The notes beneath the pieces were generated by a model. That model made no database searches. It was not told the DNA's origin and saw only the letters and a list, made by a program, of their open reading frames with translations. From Clostridiales bacterium (lineage in GTDB: Bacteria > Bacillota > Clostridia > Christensenellales > UBA3700), in the NCBI GenBank assembly GCA_015055975.1, contig SVHF01000001.1:6752-70751 (forward strand): 64,000 nucleotides of DNA, given 5' to 3'. Positions 9,139 to 19,216 of this stretch are shown here, one piece after another. The translations under genes and the position numbers were made by a program. How positions within the stretch are numbered: the stretch's first letter is position 1; each line of letters begins with the position of its first letter.

Positions 9139-9177
9139 ATTATATAACATTAATTTATAAAAGTAAACATTTGTTCG
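9139..9177 (-). promoter_or_regulatory. dinB promoter with a LexA (Cheo-type) SOS box
   Basis: The minus strand reads CGAACAAATGTTTA (9177-9164), overlapping -35 tttact, then 17 nt, then tataat (9144-9139), then 9 nt, then ATG 9129. Confidence 0.55.
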
Positions 9178-9201
9178 CTTTTATTATGTAAAATATTATG
9201 G

Positions 9202-9233
9202 CAAAAAAATATCCCTCCATATAATGGAGGGAT
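9202..9233 (-). terminator. Rho-independent terminator of galU
   Basis: Stem atccctcc/ggagggat (9211-9218 / 9226-9233). The A7 run at 9203-9209 gives the U-tract on the minus strand. Confidence 0.75.
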
Positions 9234-9253
9234 GAATTTCAAATTTGTTTTAA

Positions 9254-10132
9254 TTAGAACTTGTTTATATCTAGATTCTTTAGGTATTCAGTTAATCTTG
9301 CTTTAGTTTCTGGGTTTCTTAAACCAAATTCTACAAGAGCTTCAACTAAGCCAACCTTATCTCCAATATCATAACGTCTAGCTTCAAAATCGTAAGCATA
9401 AGCGCCAACTTTATCTGCAAGGATTTGAATAGTATCTGTAATATACTTTTCTCCGTTTGGAGATACAGGAGTTTCATCAATATAGTCAAAGATGTCTGGA
9501 GATAAAACATATCTTCCTAAAGAGGCAAGAGTAGATGGGCACTTTTCAATTGGTGGTTTTTCTACAAAGCCTTTAATTTCTGTTAATCTACCATCAACAA
9601 CACCTGGAACGACAACGCCATATTTAATAGCTAGTTCCTTTGGTAAAGTTTGACATCCAACAATTGTTCTTTCAACTTTTTCGTAAGCGTTAATCAATTG
9701 TTTTGTAACAGGTTCTTTTTCTGCATACATTAAATCATCGCCATATAAAAGAGCAAATGGTTCGCCGTTTGCAAATTCTTTAGCAAGTAAAACTGCATTT
9801 GCGGTTCCGTTCATAACATATTGATAAGTGAATTTAATGTTAGCCATATTAGTTGGCTCTTGAACTTTTGCTAATAAATCTGGTTTATTTACTTTTCTTA
9901 ATTGATCTTCAAGCTTCTTTTCTTCAGAGAAGTGATCAATTATAGATTGTTTTCTATCTGAAATAATAATTAATACATCAGTGATTCCACTATCTACACA
10001 TTCTTTAACAATTAATTGTAAAGATGGAATATCAATAATTGGGAACATTTCCTTTGGAATAGCCTTAGTTGCAGGTAAAAAACGTGTACCAAATCCTGCG
10101 CATGGAATAACTGCCTTTGTTACTTTTTGCAT
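9254..10132 (-). CDS. galU: UTP--glucose-1-phosphate uridylyltransferase
   Basis: 'AVIPCAGFGTRFLPATKAIPKEM' nucleotidyltransferase motif and 'VEKP'. 292 aa. SD 'aaggag'. Confidence 0.9.
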   Translation of the reverse strand: MQKVTKAVIPCAGFGTRFLPATKAIPKEMFPIIDIPSLQLIVKECVDSGITDVLIIISDRKQSIIDHFSEEKKLEDQLRKVNKPDLLAKVQEPTNMANIKFTYQYVMNGTANAVLLAKEFANGEPFALLYGDDLMYAEKEPVTKQLINAYEKVERTIVGCQTLPKELAIKYGVVVPGVVDGRLTEIKGFVEKPPIEKCPSTLASLGRYVLSPDIFDYIDETPVSPNGEKYITDTIQILADKVGAYAYDFEARRYDIGDKVGLVEALVEFGLRNPETKARLTEYLKNLDINKF

Positions 10133-10194
10133 AATGAATTCTCCTTATTGCCAAATAAATTATATCGTTAAAAATATATATTGTCAAAATGGGC

Positions 10195-10248
10195 TTGACA
10201 TAGGGTTTTAAGATGGTATAATAAAATCAAAGGTCAAAGAAAGTCAAA
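10195..10248 (+). promoter_or_regulatory. ctsR promoter (ttgaca-16 nt-TGgtataat) with the CtsR operator GGTCAAA-GAA-AGTCAAA
   Basis: -35 at 10195-10200 and extended -10 at 10214-10222. The heptad direct repeat at 10232-10248 matches the (A/G)GTCAAA-NAN-(A/G)GTCAAA consensus exactly. Confidence 0.8.
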
Positions 10249-10283
10249 CTTTTGAGACAATATGAAAAAGGAAGTGATAAGGC

Positions 10284-10736
10284 TTGAATATTTCAGATAT
10301 TATTGAAGAATTTATTAAGTCTACATTGGGTGACGAAGAAAAGCTACAGTTATCAAGAAACGATCTTGCTAACTATTTTGCCGTAGCCCCAAGCCAAATC
10401 AATTATGTATTATCTACGCGTTTTAATGTAGATAAGGGATTTGTAGTTGAATCTAAAAGGGGAGGCGGTGGATCGGTTACCATCATTAGAATCTCTCAAA
10501 ATGCCGAAGATATCATTCCAAACATATTAAAAGAAATAGATAAAGTAAATGAATTAACATTTAATAAGGCATCAGATATTTTGGATAGACTTGAATTTGA
10601 GCAAATAATAGATGCGAGCGAAAAAGAGATTATTAAATCTGCAATATCAGATAAAGCATTGGCGCTGCCAATGAAAACAGATGGATTGAGAAAGAACATC
10701 TTCAAAGAAATATTGATAGGATTGATGAGGAGATAA
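10284..10736 (+). CDS. ctsR: Class III stress gene repressor CtsR
   Basis: TTG start. 'MNISDIIEEFIK' N-terminus and the glycine loop 'ESKRGGGGSV'. It is the first gene of ctsR-mcsA-mcsB-clpC. Confidence 0.9.
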   Translation: MNISDIIEEFIKSTLGDEEKLQLSRNDLANYFAVAPSQINYVLSTRFNVDKGFVVESKRGGGGSVTIIRISQNAEDIIPNILKEIDKVNELTFNKASDILDRLEFEQIIDASEKEIIKSAISDKALALPMKTDGLRKNIFKEILIGLMRR

Positions 10737-10737
10737 G

Positions 10738-11250
10738 ATGTACAAAAGTCAAAAGCTATGCGATTGTTGTAAGAAAAATATCGCGAATTATTTCTATAAA
10801 GAATATATAAACGGGCAAAAGCTTGATATAGCTTTATGTGAAGAATGTAATGCAAATTCAAACATTCAAGAAAGCTATAACGTCTTCATGTCTTCTTTAT
10901 TCAATGACTTTATGCCATCTCAATTTGCTAGAGTTAATCAAGTAAAGAAAACTTGTAAATGTGGCTGCACAGAAGAAGATATCTTAGCAACAGGGCGTTT
11001 TGGATGTAGCGAATGCTATAAGACATTTTCAAATATTGTTAATGCGTATGTATCTAAACTTGGTGGAAGAACATATGCAGGAAAGATGCCAGAACATGTT
11101 ATCTCAAAGAGTGTAAAAGCTCCATCTGTTGAAGATAAGATAGCAGATCTAAAGCAAAAACTAAATGCAGCACTAAAGGCTGAAAATTATATGCTTGCAA
11201 AGCAATTAAAGCAAGAAATAGATTCTTTAATGGCAAGGAGGGGTAACTAA
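10738..11250 (+). CDS. mcsA: McsA (zinc-finger/UVR activator of McsB)
   Basis: CxxC...CxxC pairs ('CDCCKK...CEEC', 'CKCGC...CSEC') and a C-terminal UVR-like helix 'NYMLAKQLKQEIDSL'. Its position in the operon also supports the call. Confidence 0.85.
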   Translation: MYKSQKLCDCCKKNIANYFYKEYINGQKLDIALCEECNANSNIQESYNVFMSSLFNDFMPSQFARVNQVKKTCKCGCTEEDILATGRFGCSECYKTFSNIVNAYVSKLGGRTYAGKMPEHVISKSVKAPSVEDKIADLKQKLNAALKAENYMLAKQLKQEIDSLMARRGN

Positions 11251-12251
11251 TGAATATCTTTACAACAACAGTTATCTCGACTCGTATTAGACTTGCAAGA
11301 AATATAAACGGGCTTCCATTCCCTAGAATGCTAAAAGGCCAAGAAGAGATCTATTCTGTATTATATGCAGGAGTGAAGAAGGCTTGCGATAGAGTATTTG
11401 CAAATGATTATTATTCTATGGCAACAATTGAGCCTCTAAAGGCTCAGGCTCTTGTTGAGCGCCATCTGATTTCAAATAATTTGGTTAAATCTAAATATGG
11501 CGCAGCATTTATATCAAAGCCTGAAGATATATCGGTCATGGTAAATGAAGAAGACCATTTAAGAATCCAAAGTATATTGAGAGGATTCCATCTTGAAGAT
11601 GCATACAATAATGTTGCTAAAGTTGATGCAGAAATAAAGAAGAATCTTGATATTGCTTTTGATGAACACTTAGGTTATTTGACTTCTTGTCCAACAAACT
11701 TAGGTAGTGGAATGAGAGCATCTGTTATGTTATTCCTTCCAGGATTGACAATGACAGGCAAAATTGAATCTTTGATATTGAAATATCAAGGCGCAGGAAT
11801 TACAATTAGAGGGATATATGGCGAAGGCTCAAAAGCTGAAGGCTATATGTACCAAGTATCTAACCAAGCTGCAATATCTTTATCTGAAAGTGAAATATTG
11901 AACATGGTTAAGAAAGTTGTTGAAACAATCGTAAATCTTGAAGATATGGCAAGAAAAGAAGTTGCACAAATTCAAGGTTTGGATTTGAAAAACAACATTA
12001 TGATATCTTACGGAATACTAAAGTATGCTTGCAAGATGTCATCAAAAGAACTAATGCAAAATCTAGCATTTGTAAAACTAGGGGTTGCGTTAGGATATCT
12101 AAATATTGATATAGAAAAATTAAATAACTTGATCATCAATACTCAACCTGCAATGATGTGCTTTATAACAAAAAAGAACATGACAGCCGAGCAAAGAGAT
12201 ATTGCAAGAGTAAAGATGGTTCAAGATACCTTAAACAAGGAGGGCATATAA
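11250..12251 (+). CDS. mcsB: Protein arginine kinase McsB
   Basis: Guanido-kinase signatures 'NEEDHLRIQ' and 'CPTNLGSGMRASV'. TAATG overlap with mcsA. Confidence 0.92.
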   Translation: MNIFTTTVISTRIRLARNINGLPFPRMLKGQEEIYSVLYAGVKKACDRVFANDYYSMATIEPLKAQALVERHLISNNLVKSKYGAAFISKPEDISVMVNEEDHLRIQSILRGFHLEDAYNNVAKVDAEIKKNLDIAFDEHLGYLTSCPTNLGSGMRASVMLFLPGLTMTGKIESLILKYQGAGITIRGIYGEGSKAEGYMYQVSNQAAISLSESEILNMVKKVVETIVNLEDMARKEVAQIQGLDLKNNIMISYGILKYACKMSSKELMQNLAFVKLGVALGYLNIDIEKLNNLIINTQPAMMCFITKKNMTAEQRDIARVKMVQDTLNKEGI

Positions 12252-12252
12252 A

Positions 12253-14880
12253 ATGTTCATAGGGTACAGTAATGAATGTAAAAAAGTAATTGATAGAGCA
12301 AAAGGATATGCTATGTCATCTGGCGGACTTTTAGGAACGGAGCACCTAATTGCTGCTATGCTAAAGGTTGAAGATTGTCAAGCTGGCCAATATTTAAGAA
12401 ATATTGGTGTTGACGTTGAACGCTATATGCATACAATTGGATTCCAACAAGCTAATCAATCATCATACACGCTATCTAGACGTGTAGAAAATATTTTAAA
12501 TAAGGCTTCAAAAGATGCAAAAGCAAGTGGTCAACAATATGTTACATCAATTGACATTTTGATTGCCATTTTGGAAGATCCAACATCTTATGGTGTAAAT
12601 AACCTTGTAGAACAAGGTTTTGATGCAAGATTTGTTTTAAATAACTTAATTGCACAAAAAGAAGAAACTCAAGCTCTACAACAACAAAATCAACCAGAGC
12701 AAGATGAGCCAAAGATTGAATTCCAACAAGGACCAAATGGATTTAATATTGCATTTGGTGGAAACCCAGAAGATTTAGAAAACTTCTTCAAATCTGCAGG
12801 TATCAACCTTGGAGGATTTGGTCAACCATCTGGACAAGCTCAAAATTCTAAAAAGCCAAAGGGAGATCCAAAGCTTAAGGGATTAGAAAAATATGGTGTA
12901 GATTTAACAGCTCGCGCTCGTCAAGGAAAACTTGACCCAGTTGTTGGAAGAAAGAATGAAGTAGATAGAATTATTCAAATTCTATCTAGAAGAACAAAGA
13001 ATAACCCAGTTCTAATTGGTGAACCAGGTGTTGGTAAGAGTGCTATTGTAGAAGGACTTGCTCAAGCTATCGTAAAGGGTGATGTTCCAGAAATGTTGAA
13101 GAATAAAATCATCTTCAGCTTGGATATTACAAGTATGGTAGCTGGTGCAAAATATAGAGGTGAATTCGAAGAGAGAATTAAAGAAGCTATCGATATCGTA
13201 AAGAACAATCCAGATATCATCTTATTCATCGATGAAATTCACATGATAGTAGGTGCAGGTGCAACAGGCGAAGATGGAAACATGGACGCAGCTAACATCT
13301 TAAAACCACAATTAGCAAGAGGCGAATTGCAAACAATTGGTGCTACAACTATTGAAGAATATAGAAAGCACATCGAAAAAGATGCAGCGCTTGAAAGAAG
13401 ATTCCAACCAATTATGGTAGAACCACCAACAGTTGAAGATACGATCCTAATCCTTAAAGGATTAAGAGAAAAATATGAAGAGCACCACCACGTAAAGATT
13501 ACTGATGAAGCAATAAAAGCTGCAGCTAATTTGTCAGATAGATACATTAATGATAGATTCTTACCAGATAAAGCAATCGACTTAATTGATGAAGCTGCAT
13601 CAAGAAAGCATATTGGAGCCTCTGTTCTTCCTAAAGACATCAATGATTTGGAAGAAAAGATTGCAAGATTGAATGTAGATAAAACTGATGCTGCACGCGA
13701 TGAAGATTATGACAAAGCAGCAGAAATCAAGAAAGAAATCGACGCTACTCAAAATGAGCTAGATAGAAGAAAGAGAGAATGGAGATCAACTCAAAGCGAA
13801 GAAAAGCTAGTTTTAACAGAAGAAGATATTGCTCAAATCGTATCTTCATGGACAAAAGTTCCAGTTGTTAAATTAACTCAATCTGAGGCAGATGTATTAT
13901 TGCATCTTGAAGATACTTTACGAAAGAGAGTTATTGGGCAAGATGAAGCAGTTGAAGCAGTTGCTAAAGCCGTAAGACGTGCAAGAGTTGGTATTAAAGA
14001 TCCAAAGAGACCAATTGGTTCATTTATCTTCTTAGGTCCAACAGGTGTAGGTAAGACAGAACTTTCAAAGGCGTTGGCTGAAGCAATGTTTGGCGATGAG
14101 AACTTGATGATAAGAATCGATATGTCTGAATATATGGAAGAAATTAACGTGTCGAAGTTGATTGGTTCAGCTCCAGGATATGTAGGATATGACGAAGGTG
14201 GTCAATTAACAGAAAAGGTTAGACGTAATCCATATTCAGTAATCCTATTCGATGAAATCGAAAAGGCTCACCCAGATGTATTCAATATCTTATTACAAAT
14301 CCTTGATGATGGAAGATTGACAGACTCTCACGGAAGAACAATTAGCTTCAAAAATACCATTATCATCATGACATCAAATATTGGTGCTTCAGATCTAAAG
14401 AAGAAGGCTGTAGGATTCGGCGGAAGTATGGATGATGCTATGGGCGATTATGAAGAAATGAAAGAACGTGAAATGGCAGCATTGAGAAGAACTCTAAAGC
14501 CAGAATTCATTAACAGAATCGATGATATTATCGTATTTAGATCATTCGAAAAGAAAGATATGTATGATATTGCAAAACTTATGGCTAACTCTCTACAAAA
14601 GAGATTACAAGATAGAGGAATCAATATCACAATTACTGACGAAGCTTTGAATATTGTAATAGAAAAAGGATTCAATCTAGAATATGGAGCAAGACCTTTA
14701 AGAAGAGCTTTACAATCAATGATTGAAGATGAACTTGCAACAAGAATGTTAAAAGGAGAATTTGCAATTGGAGATAACGTGCTAATTTCTGCAAAAGATG
14801 ATGCTTTAACATTTGAAAAACAAGGCGAAGAAAAGCCAAAAGTAGAGCAAGAAGAACCAAAAGAAGAAGCGCAAGAATAA
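12253..14880 (+). CDS. clpC: ATP-dependent Clp protease ATPase subunit ClpC
   Basis: Clp_N repeats, Walker A 'GEPGVGKSA' and 'GPTGVGKTE', and a UVR-type middle domain ('[15 protein letters not shown]'). 875 aa. Confidence 0.93.
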   Translation: MFIGYSNECKKVIDRAKGYAMSSGGLLGTEHLIAAMLKVEDCQAGQYLRNIGVDVERYMHTIGFQQANQSSYTLSRRVENILNKASKDAKASGQQYVTSIDILIAILEDPTSYGVNNLVEQGFDARFVLNNLIAQKEETQALQQQNQPEQDEPKIEFQQGPNGFNIAFGGNPEDLENFFKSAGINLGGFGQPSGQAQNSKKPKGDPKLKGLEKYGVDLTARARQGKLDPVVGRKNEVDRIIQILSRRTKNNPVLIGEPGVGKSAIVEGLAQAIVKGDVPEMLKNKIIFSLDITSMVAGAKYRGEFEERIKEAIDIVKNNPDIILFIDEIHMIVGAGATGEDGNMDAANILKPQLARGELQTIGATTIEEYRKHIEKDAALERRFQPIMVEPPTVEDTILILKGLREKYEEHHHVKITDEAIKAAANLSDRYINDRFLPDKAIDLIDEAASRKHIGASVLPKDINDLEEKIARLNVDKTDAARDEDYDKAAEIKKEIDATQNELDRRKREWRSTQSEEKLVLTEEDIAQIVSSWTKVPVVKLTQSEADVLLHLEDTLRKRVIGQDEAVEAVAKAVRRARVGIKDPKRPIGSFIFLGPTGVGKTELSKALAEAMFGDENLMIRIDMSEYMEEINVSKLIGSAPGYVGYDEGGQLTEKVRRNPYSVILFDEIEKAHPDVFNILLQILDDGRLTDSHGRTISFKNTIIIMTSNIGASDLKKKAVGFGGSMDDAMGDYEEMKEREMAALRRTLKPEFINRIDDIIVFRSFEKKDMYDIAKLMANSLQKRLQDRGINITITDEALNIVIEKGFNLEYGARPLRRALQSMIEDELATRMLKGEFAIGDNVLISAKDDALTFEKQGEEKPKVEQEEPKEEAQE

Positions 14881-14903
14881 GTATTGCCAAAAAGTATTTA
14901 AAG

Positions 14904-14935
14904 TATGCTCATCCTTGGGATGGGCATATTTTCAT
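14904..14935 (+). terminator. Rho-independent terminator of the clpC operon
   Basis: Stem tatgctcatc/gatgggcata (one G-U pair) with loop cttgg, followed by ttttcatt. Confidence 0.65.
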
Positions 14936-14937
14936 TA

Positions 14938-14967
14938 TTGACTCAAAATATTAAATATTTATATAAT
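14938..14967 (+). promoter_or_regulatory. Candidate sigma-A promoter of the channel/PP2C/HD/STAS operon
   Basis: ttgact (14938-14943), 18 nt, tataat (14962-14967), about 25 nt before ATG 14992. Confidence 0.45.
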
Positions 14968-14991
14968 TTAAGTGTTAGTGAGGTTCACCGA

Positions 14992-17070
14992 ATGATTAAA
15001 AAATTGGCAAAACGAAGAATTAGAAAATTTTGGAATGTAAAAATTGCAACGAACCCAGGCCGAGTAGTTTTAAATATAATCATCGTATTTAATTTGTTGC
15101 TATTTATTATTTCTTCCTTGGTGCTTAGAAGTTTAGAGGTGCCAGGTAGCGAAGGAATGAGCTATCCACAAGCAACTTTCTATGTAATTAGACTTATCTT
15201 ATCTAATAACATGGATTATGAGATGGCAGGGCCGCATGTTGTAGGTATAGGGATATTTACAATCGTTGTAATGTTCTTAGGAACAATTTTCTTCACAGGC
15301 TCACTAATTGCTTATTTGACAAACTTTATATCGACATATATGAGTTATAGAAACCCAGCTTTAAAGAAGTTGTATCTTTATAACCACATTGTTATTTTAG
15401 GATGGAACGTTAGAGCTCCAGAAATCATCAGAAACTTCTTATTTACAGGAAAAAAGCAAGAAATCTTAATTCTTGCGAATGAAGATAGAGATGTAATACA
15501 AGATGCTATTGATGAATGCTTAGCAGATGCTATTTATTCTAGAAACACAAAATTAAAACAAAAATATGCAAAGTATGGTTTATTTAAAAGAATTTATCTT
15601 TATGCCAAGAATAAATTGAGAAATAGATTAGTTATCATGATCAAACAAGGGGATACATATTCTTCTCAACAATTAAAGGGCGTATCTTTAAATCTTGCAG
15701 ATGCGGTTATAATTTTGGGTGAAGATTTAAACAATAATATCCCAGAAGATTCAAACGGTGGATTATATGATGAAGCTTATGGCAACTCTCAAATTATAAA
15801 GACAGTTGCTCAAGTTGCTCATATCACATCTTCTGAAGATTCAATCAACAATCAAAACATCATTGTCGAAGTTGACGATACGGTAACGTTGGATTTGGTA
15901 AGCAAAATCATAAAGGACCAAAAACAACTTGAAAAGTGTAGAATTATCCCAATGCCAGTTACTCATACTATGGGAAGTTTAATTTCTCAATTTGCCTTAA
16001 ATCCAGAAATGGGGCCTATTTATAGCGAACTTCTATCTCAATATGGTTTAACTATTTCGGTTAAAGAAACAGATGAAGAAGATACAATCGAATATACTAG
16101 AAATTATCTAAAAACTCATAAAGTAAGTTTACCATTATCTTCAACAAAGGTTGGCGATAAGAATTATGGATTCTATATTGGTGAAGTTGGTGATGAAGAA
16201 ATACCATCTCAATATGAATACAAGCCAAAGGATATTAAAATCACAGATTGTATAAGAACTGAATTTAACGATGTTATTTTCTTTGGGCATAACACTCAAT
16301 TTAAGCAAGTATTGAAATCTATTGATGCAACTGTAGGCCTAAAGAAGGGAAGAAACAATATTTTAATTATTGACTCTAAGCGTTCAATTCCTGCCAATTT
16401 CACTTTAAAGAATTGTGATATTCAAGAAGTCTATACAACATCTAATGATCCAACAAAGATTTATGAAGCATTTGTGAATTTCTTAAAGAATGCAAAACAT
16501 GACGTAACACTAGTTTTGCTTTCAAATAATGAAAAGAGTATAGATCATGCCGATGATGAAACAATAGCATCACTTGTTAGAGTTAGAGAGCTACAATCTA
16601 TTATATTAAAGAATAATCCAGAGATTAATATTAAAAATATTAAAGTTGTAGTTGAAATTCTAGATCCAAAGCATCATGATATCGTAAAGAGTTTTAATGT
16701 TCACAACGTTATTATTTCAAATAGATTAACATCTAAGATGATTACTCAATTCGCATTTGAAAGTACGTTGTTTGATTTGTATTTAGACATGTTAGTTAAG
16801 AGTGAAGATTTGTCTCAACAAAAGCGTATGGATATAAATTCAGATATGTATACGCTAAAAGCTACTGAATGCTTTAAAGAAATACCTCAAGATATTACAG
16901 CATTCGACTTAATTCGTTCTGTATTTGAAGCAAGTATAAAAGACGGAAAATATGTCATTGTTATAGGTGTCATTGACGAAAACGGCGTTATTACTTTGTT
17001 TGATAAAAATCAAAAAGAAATAAAGCCAAAAATAACAAAAGACACAAAATTAATTTTATATCATAGATAA
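14992..17070 (+). CDS. CASTOR/POLLUX-like ion-channel homologue: 2-TM pore-like N-terminus plus two RCK/TrkA-N-like lobes
   Basis: Start at ATG 14992 (SD 'gtgaggt'). Two TM helices flank a re-entrant-like segment. 'HIVILGWNVRAPEII' and 'DVIFFGHNTQF' are Rossmann-like starts. 'VVVEILDPKHHDIV...VIISNRLTSKMITQFA' resembles the CASTOR/POLLUX C-terminal signature. Confidence 0.5.
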   Translation: MIKKLAKRRIRKFWNVKIATNPGRVVLNIIIVFNLLLFIISSLVLRSLEVPGSEGMSYPQATFYVIRLILSNNMDYEMAGPHVVGIGIFTIVVMFLGTIFFTGSLIAYLTNFISTYMSYRNPALKKLYLYNHIVILGWNVRAPEIIRNFLFTGKKQEILILANEDRDVIQDAIDECLADAIYSRNTKLKQKYAKYGLFKRIYLYAKNKLRNRLVIMIKQGDTYSSQQLKGVSLNLADAVIILGEDLNNNIPEDSNGGLYDEAYGNSQIIKTVAQVAHITSSEDSINNQNIIVEVDDTVTLDLVSKIIKDQKQLEKCRIIPMPVTHTMGSLISQFALNPEMGPIYSELLSQYGLTISVKETDEEDTIEYTRNYLKTHKVSLPLSSTKVGDKNYGFYIGEVGDEEIPSQYEYKPKDIKITDCIRTEFNDVIFFGHNTQFKQVLKSIDATVGLKKGRNNILIIDSKRSIPANFTLKNCDIQEVYTTSNDPTKIYEAFVNFLKNAKHDVTLVLLSNNEKSIDHADDETIASLVRVRELQSIILKNNPEINIKNIKVVVEILDPKHHDIVKSFNVHNVIISNRLTSKMITQFAFESTLFDLYLDMLVKSEDLSQQKRMDINSDMYTLKATECFKEIPQDITAFDLIRSVFEASIKDGKYVIVIGVIDENGVITLFDKNQKEIKPKITKDTKLILYHR

Positions 17071-17080
17071 TAGGGGAAGT

Positions 17081-19216
17081 ATGGCATCAACTAAAGCAAA
17101 AAATGTTTTCAAAAGTTTGTTATTTAATTTGTTAATTTCATTTACCGTAGTGGTATTTGTGATATCTATGGTTATCGCAACAATTGGGTATTATCAATTT
17201 ACGCAAAGAATAACAGAACAATATGAAAAAGCAGCATACAATGCAGGCGCCGCAGGACAAGCTTTGATCGAAAATGCTTTAAAAAATGGGAGCGATATCG
17301 ATAAGTTTATCGAGGAAAATAAAGGAAAGATACAAGCAAAAGGTCAACCTTTAGACGAATGTGGTTTCACTGCAGATTACTTACAACTTGCAAAAGGCCT
17401 AGAGATTTTGTGTGATACTCAAGATGCGAGTATGATTTATGTTATCAAACTTACCGATGAATACGCAGAACCTGGAGTATATTCAACATATTATTCTGTT
17501 TTTGATATCTTAACAAAAGAAGATATTCTTCCTTCATATTTTGCGCCTTGGGCGGTTGGTGATGTTAATTTAAAAGCACAACAACTTAAAGAAGCAGATA
17601 GAGAAATGTATCTAAATATTTGGAAGGGTGGATTAGATAAAGCAAGTTTAATTCAGCTTCAAGAAAAAGATTCAGATATGTTTGATCACATTACATCAAT
17701 AATGCCTATACATAATGCAGCAGGAAAGGTTACTGCAATTATTTGTATTCAACAACCAATGCAAGGCTTAAGACAAGCAAGAGAAGATTATATGAGGGTT
17801 GTAGGTCTAGTTACTTTAGCTCTTGCAATTTTCCTTGTATTGATAAGTTGGTGGTATCTTCAAACTCAAATTTCAAGACCTTTAAAGAAAGTTGCAGATG
17901 AAGCTGAAAGATTCGCTAAAGATACAACACGTTCTGAAAAACCTCTAAAAAAGACAATTAAGAGTAGAATCAGTGAAATCTATACGTTAGTCGAATCTAT
18001 CGACGACATGGAAAAAGATACTCTTGAGTATATCGAAAATCTAGATAAGATAAACGCAGAACAACAAAGACTAGGAACTGAACTTAATGTTGCAAGCTCA
18101 ATTCAAAACGCTATGCTTCCAAATATATTCCCAGCGTTCCCGGATAGAAGCGAATTCGACTTATATGCAAATATGACCCCAGCAAAAGAAGTAGGGGGCG
18201 ACTTCTATAACTATATTCAAATCGACGATGATCACTTATTGCTTGCAATTGCGGATGTGTCTGGAAAGGGAATACCTGCAGCATTGTTCATGATGATTAC
18301 GATGATTTTAACAACCGATAGAGCAAAGATGGGAATGAGTGTTTCAGAAATTATAACAACTACAAACGATGCAATATCTGCTCATAATGAAGCAGAAATG
18401 TTCGTTACGATGTGGCTTGGTATCTTAGAAATATCTACAGGTAAAATTACAGCTGTTAATGCAGGCCATGATGATCCTGCCATTTATAGAAAAGGCGAAA
18501 GCTTTGAGCTTGCTAAAGAAAAGCATGGTTTAGTTGTTGGTGCGATGGGCGGAATTAAATATAAGTCTTATGAAATTCAATTAAACCCTGGAGATAAATT
18601 ATTCCTATATACAGATGGCGTCCCAGAAGCTACACGTTCAGATAATGTTATGTTTGAACTTGAAGGTATGATCAAATCTTTAAATAAGAGAAGTCAATCA
18701 TCTCCACAAGAAATTATTGAGGGAATAAAGGAAGACGTTAGCGCATTCGTTGGCGAAGCTCCTCAATTTGATGATATGACAATGCTTTGTTTGGAATATA
18801 AAGGCGCAAAGCATGAACCAACAATAGTTTTGGATGCAACGGACGCAAATTTGCCAAGCGTAGAGGAATTTTTAGAAAAGGTGCTAGATGGGCAAGAATA
18901 TTCTAAAAAAGCTTTTAATCACCTAAAAATCGCGGTAGAAGAAATATATACTAACGTTGCGCACTATGCATATAGACCAGACGTTGGTAAAGTGTGGGTT
19001 ACCGCAGAGTATAAAGATTCTATCTTTAAGATAGTAATTGAAGATAAAGGTAAGCCATATAATCCACTTGAGCAAGATGATCCAGATATAACGCTTGGTG
19101 TTGACGATAGAGATATCGGTGGACTTGGCATATTTATGACAAAAAAATTGGTAGACAAAATCGAATATGAAAGAGTCGATGACAAAAATATATTAAAAAT
19201 GGAGAAAAAGATTTGA
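17081..19216 (+). CDS. Transmembrane sensor with HAMP, SpoIIE-family PP2C phosphatase and C-terminal RsbW/SpoIIAB-like GHKL ATPase (serine kinase) domains
   Basis: Two TM helices bracket a ~200-aa extracytoplasmic domain. HAMP ('ISRPLKKVADEAERF'). PP2C motifs 'GGDFYNY', 'ADVSGKGIPAALFM', 'DGVPEA' and 'DDMTML'. GHKL N-box 'EEIYTNVAHYAY', G1 'DKGKPYNP' and G2 'GGLGIFMTKKLV'. Confidence 0.8.
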   Translation: MASTKAKNVFKSLLFNLLISFTVVVFVISMVIATIGYYQFTQRITEQYEKAAYNAGAAGQALIENALKNGSDIDKFIEENKGKIQAKGQPLDECGFTADYLQLAKGLEILCDTQDASMIYVIKLTDEYAEPGVYSTYYSVFDILTKEDILPSYFAPWAVGDVNLKAQQLKEADREMYLNIWKGGLDKASLIQLQEKDSDMFDHITSIMPIHNAAGKVTAIICIQQPMQGLRQAREDYMRVVGLVTLALAIFLVLISWWYLQTQISRPLKKVADEAERFAKDTTRSEKPLKKTIKSRISEIYTLVESIDDMEKDTLEYIENLDKINAEQQRLGTELNVASSIQNAMLPNIFPAFPDRSEFDLYANMTPAKEVGGDFYNYIQIDDDHLLLAIADVSGKGIPAALFMMITMILTTDRAKMGMSVSEIITTTNDAISAHNEAEMFVTMWLGILEISTGKITAVNAGHDDPAIYRKGESFELAKEKHGLVVGAMGGIKYKSYEIQLNPGDKLFLYTDGVPEATRSDNVMFELEGMIKSLNKRSQSSPQEIIEGIKEDVSAFVGEAPQFDDMTMLCLEYKGAKHEPTIVLDATDANLPSVEEFLEKVLDGQEYSKKAFNHLKIAVEEIYTNVAHYAYRPDVGKVWVTAEYKDSIFKIVIEDKGKPYNPLEQDDPDITLGVDDRDIGGLGIFMTKKLVDKIEYERVDDKNILKMEKKI

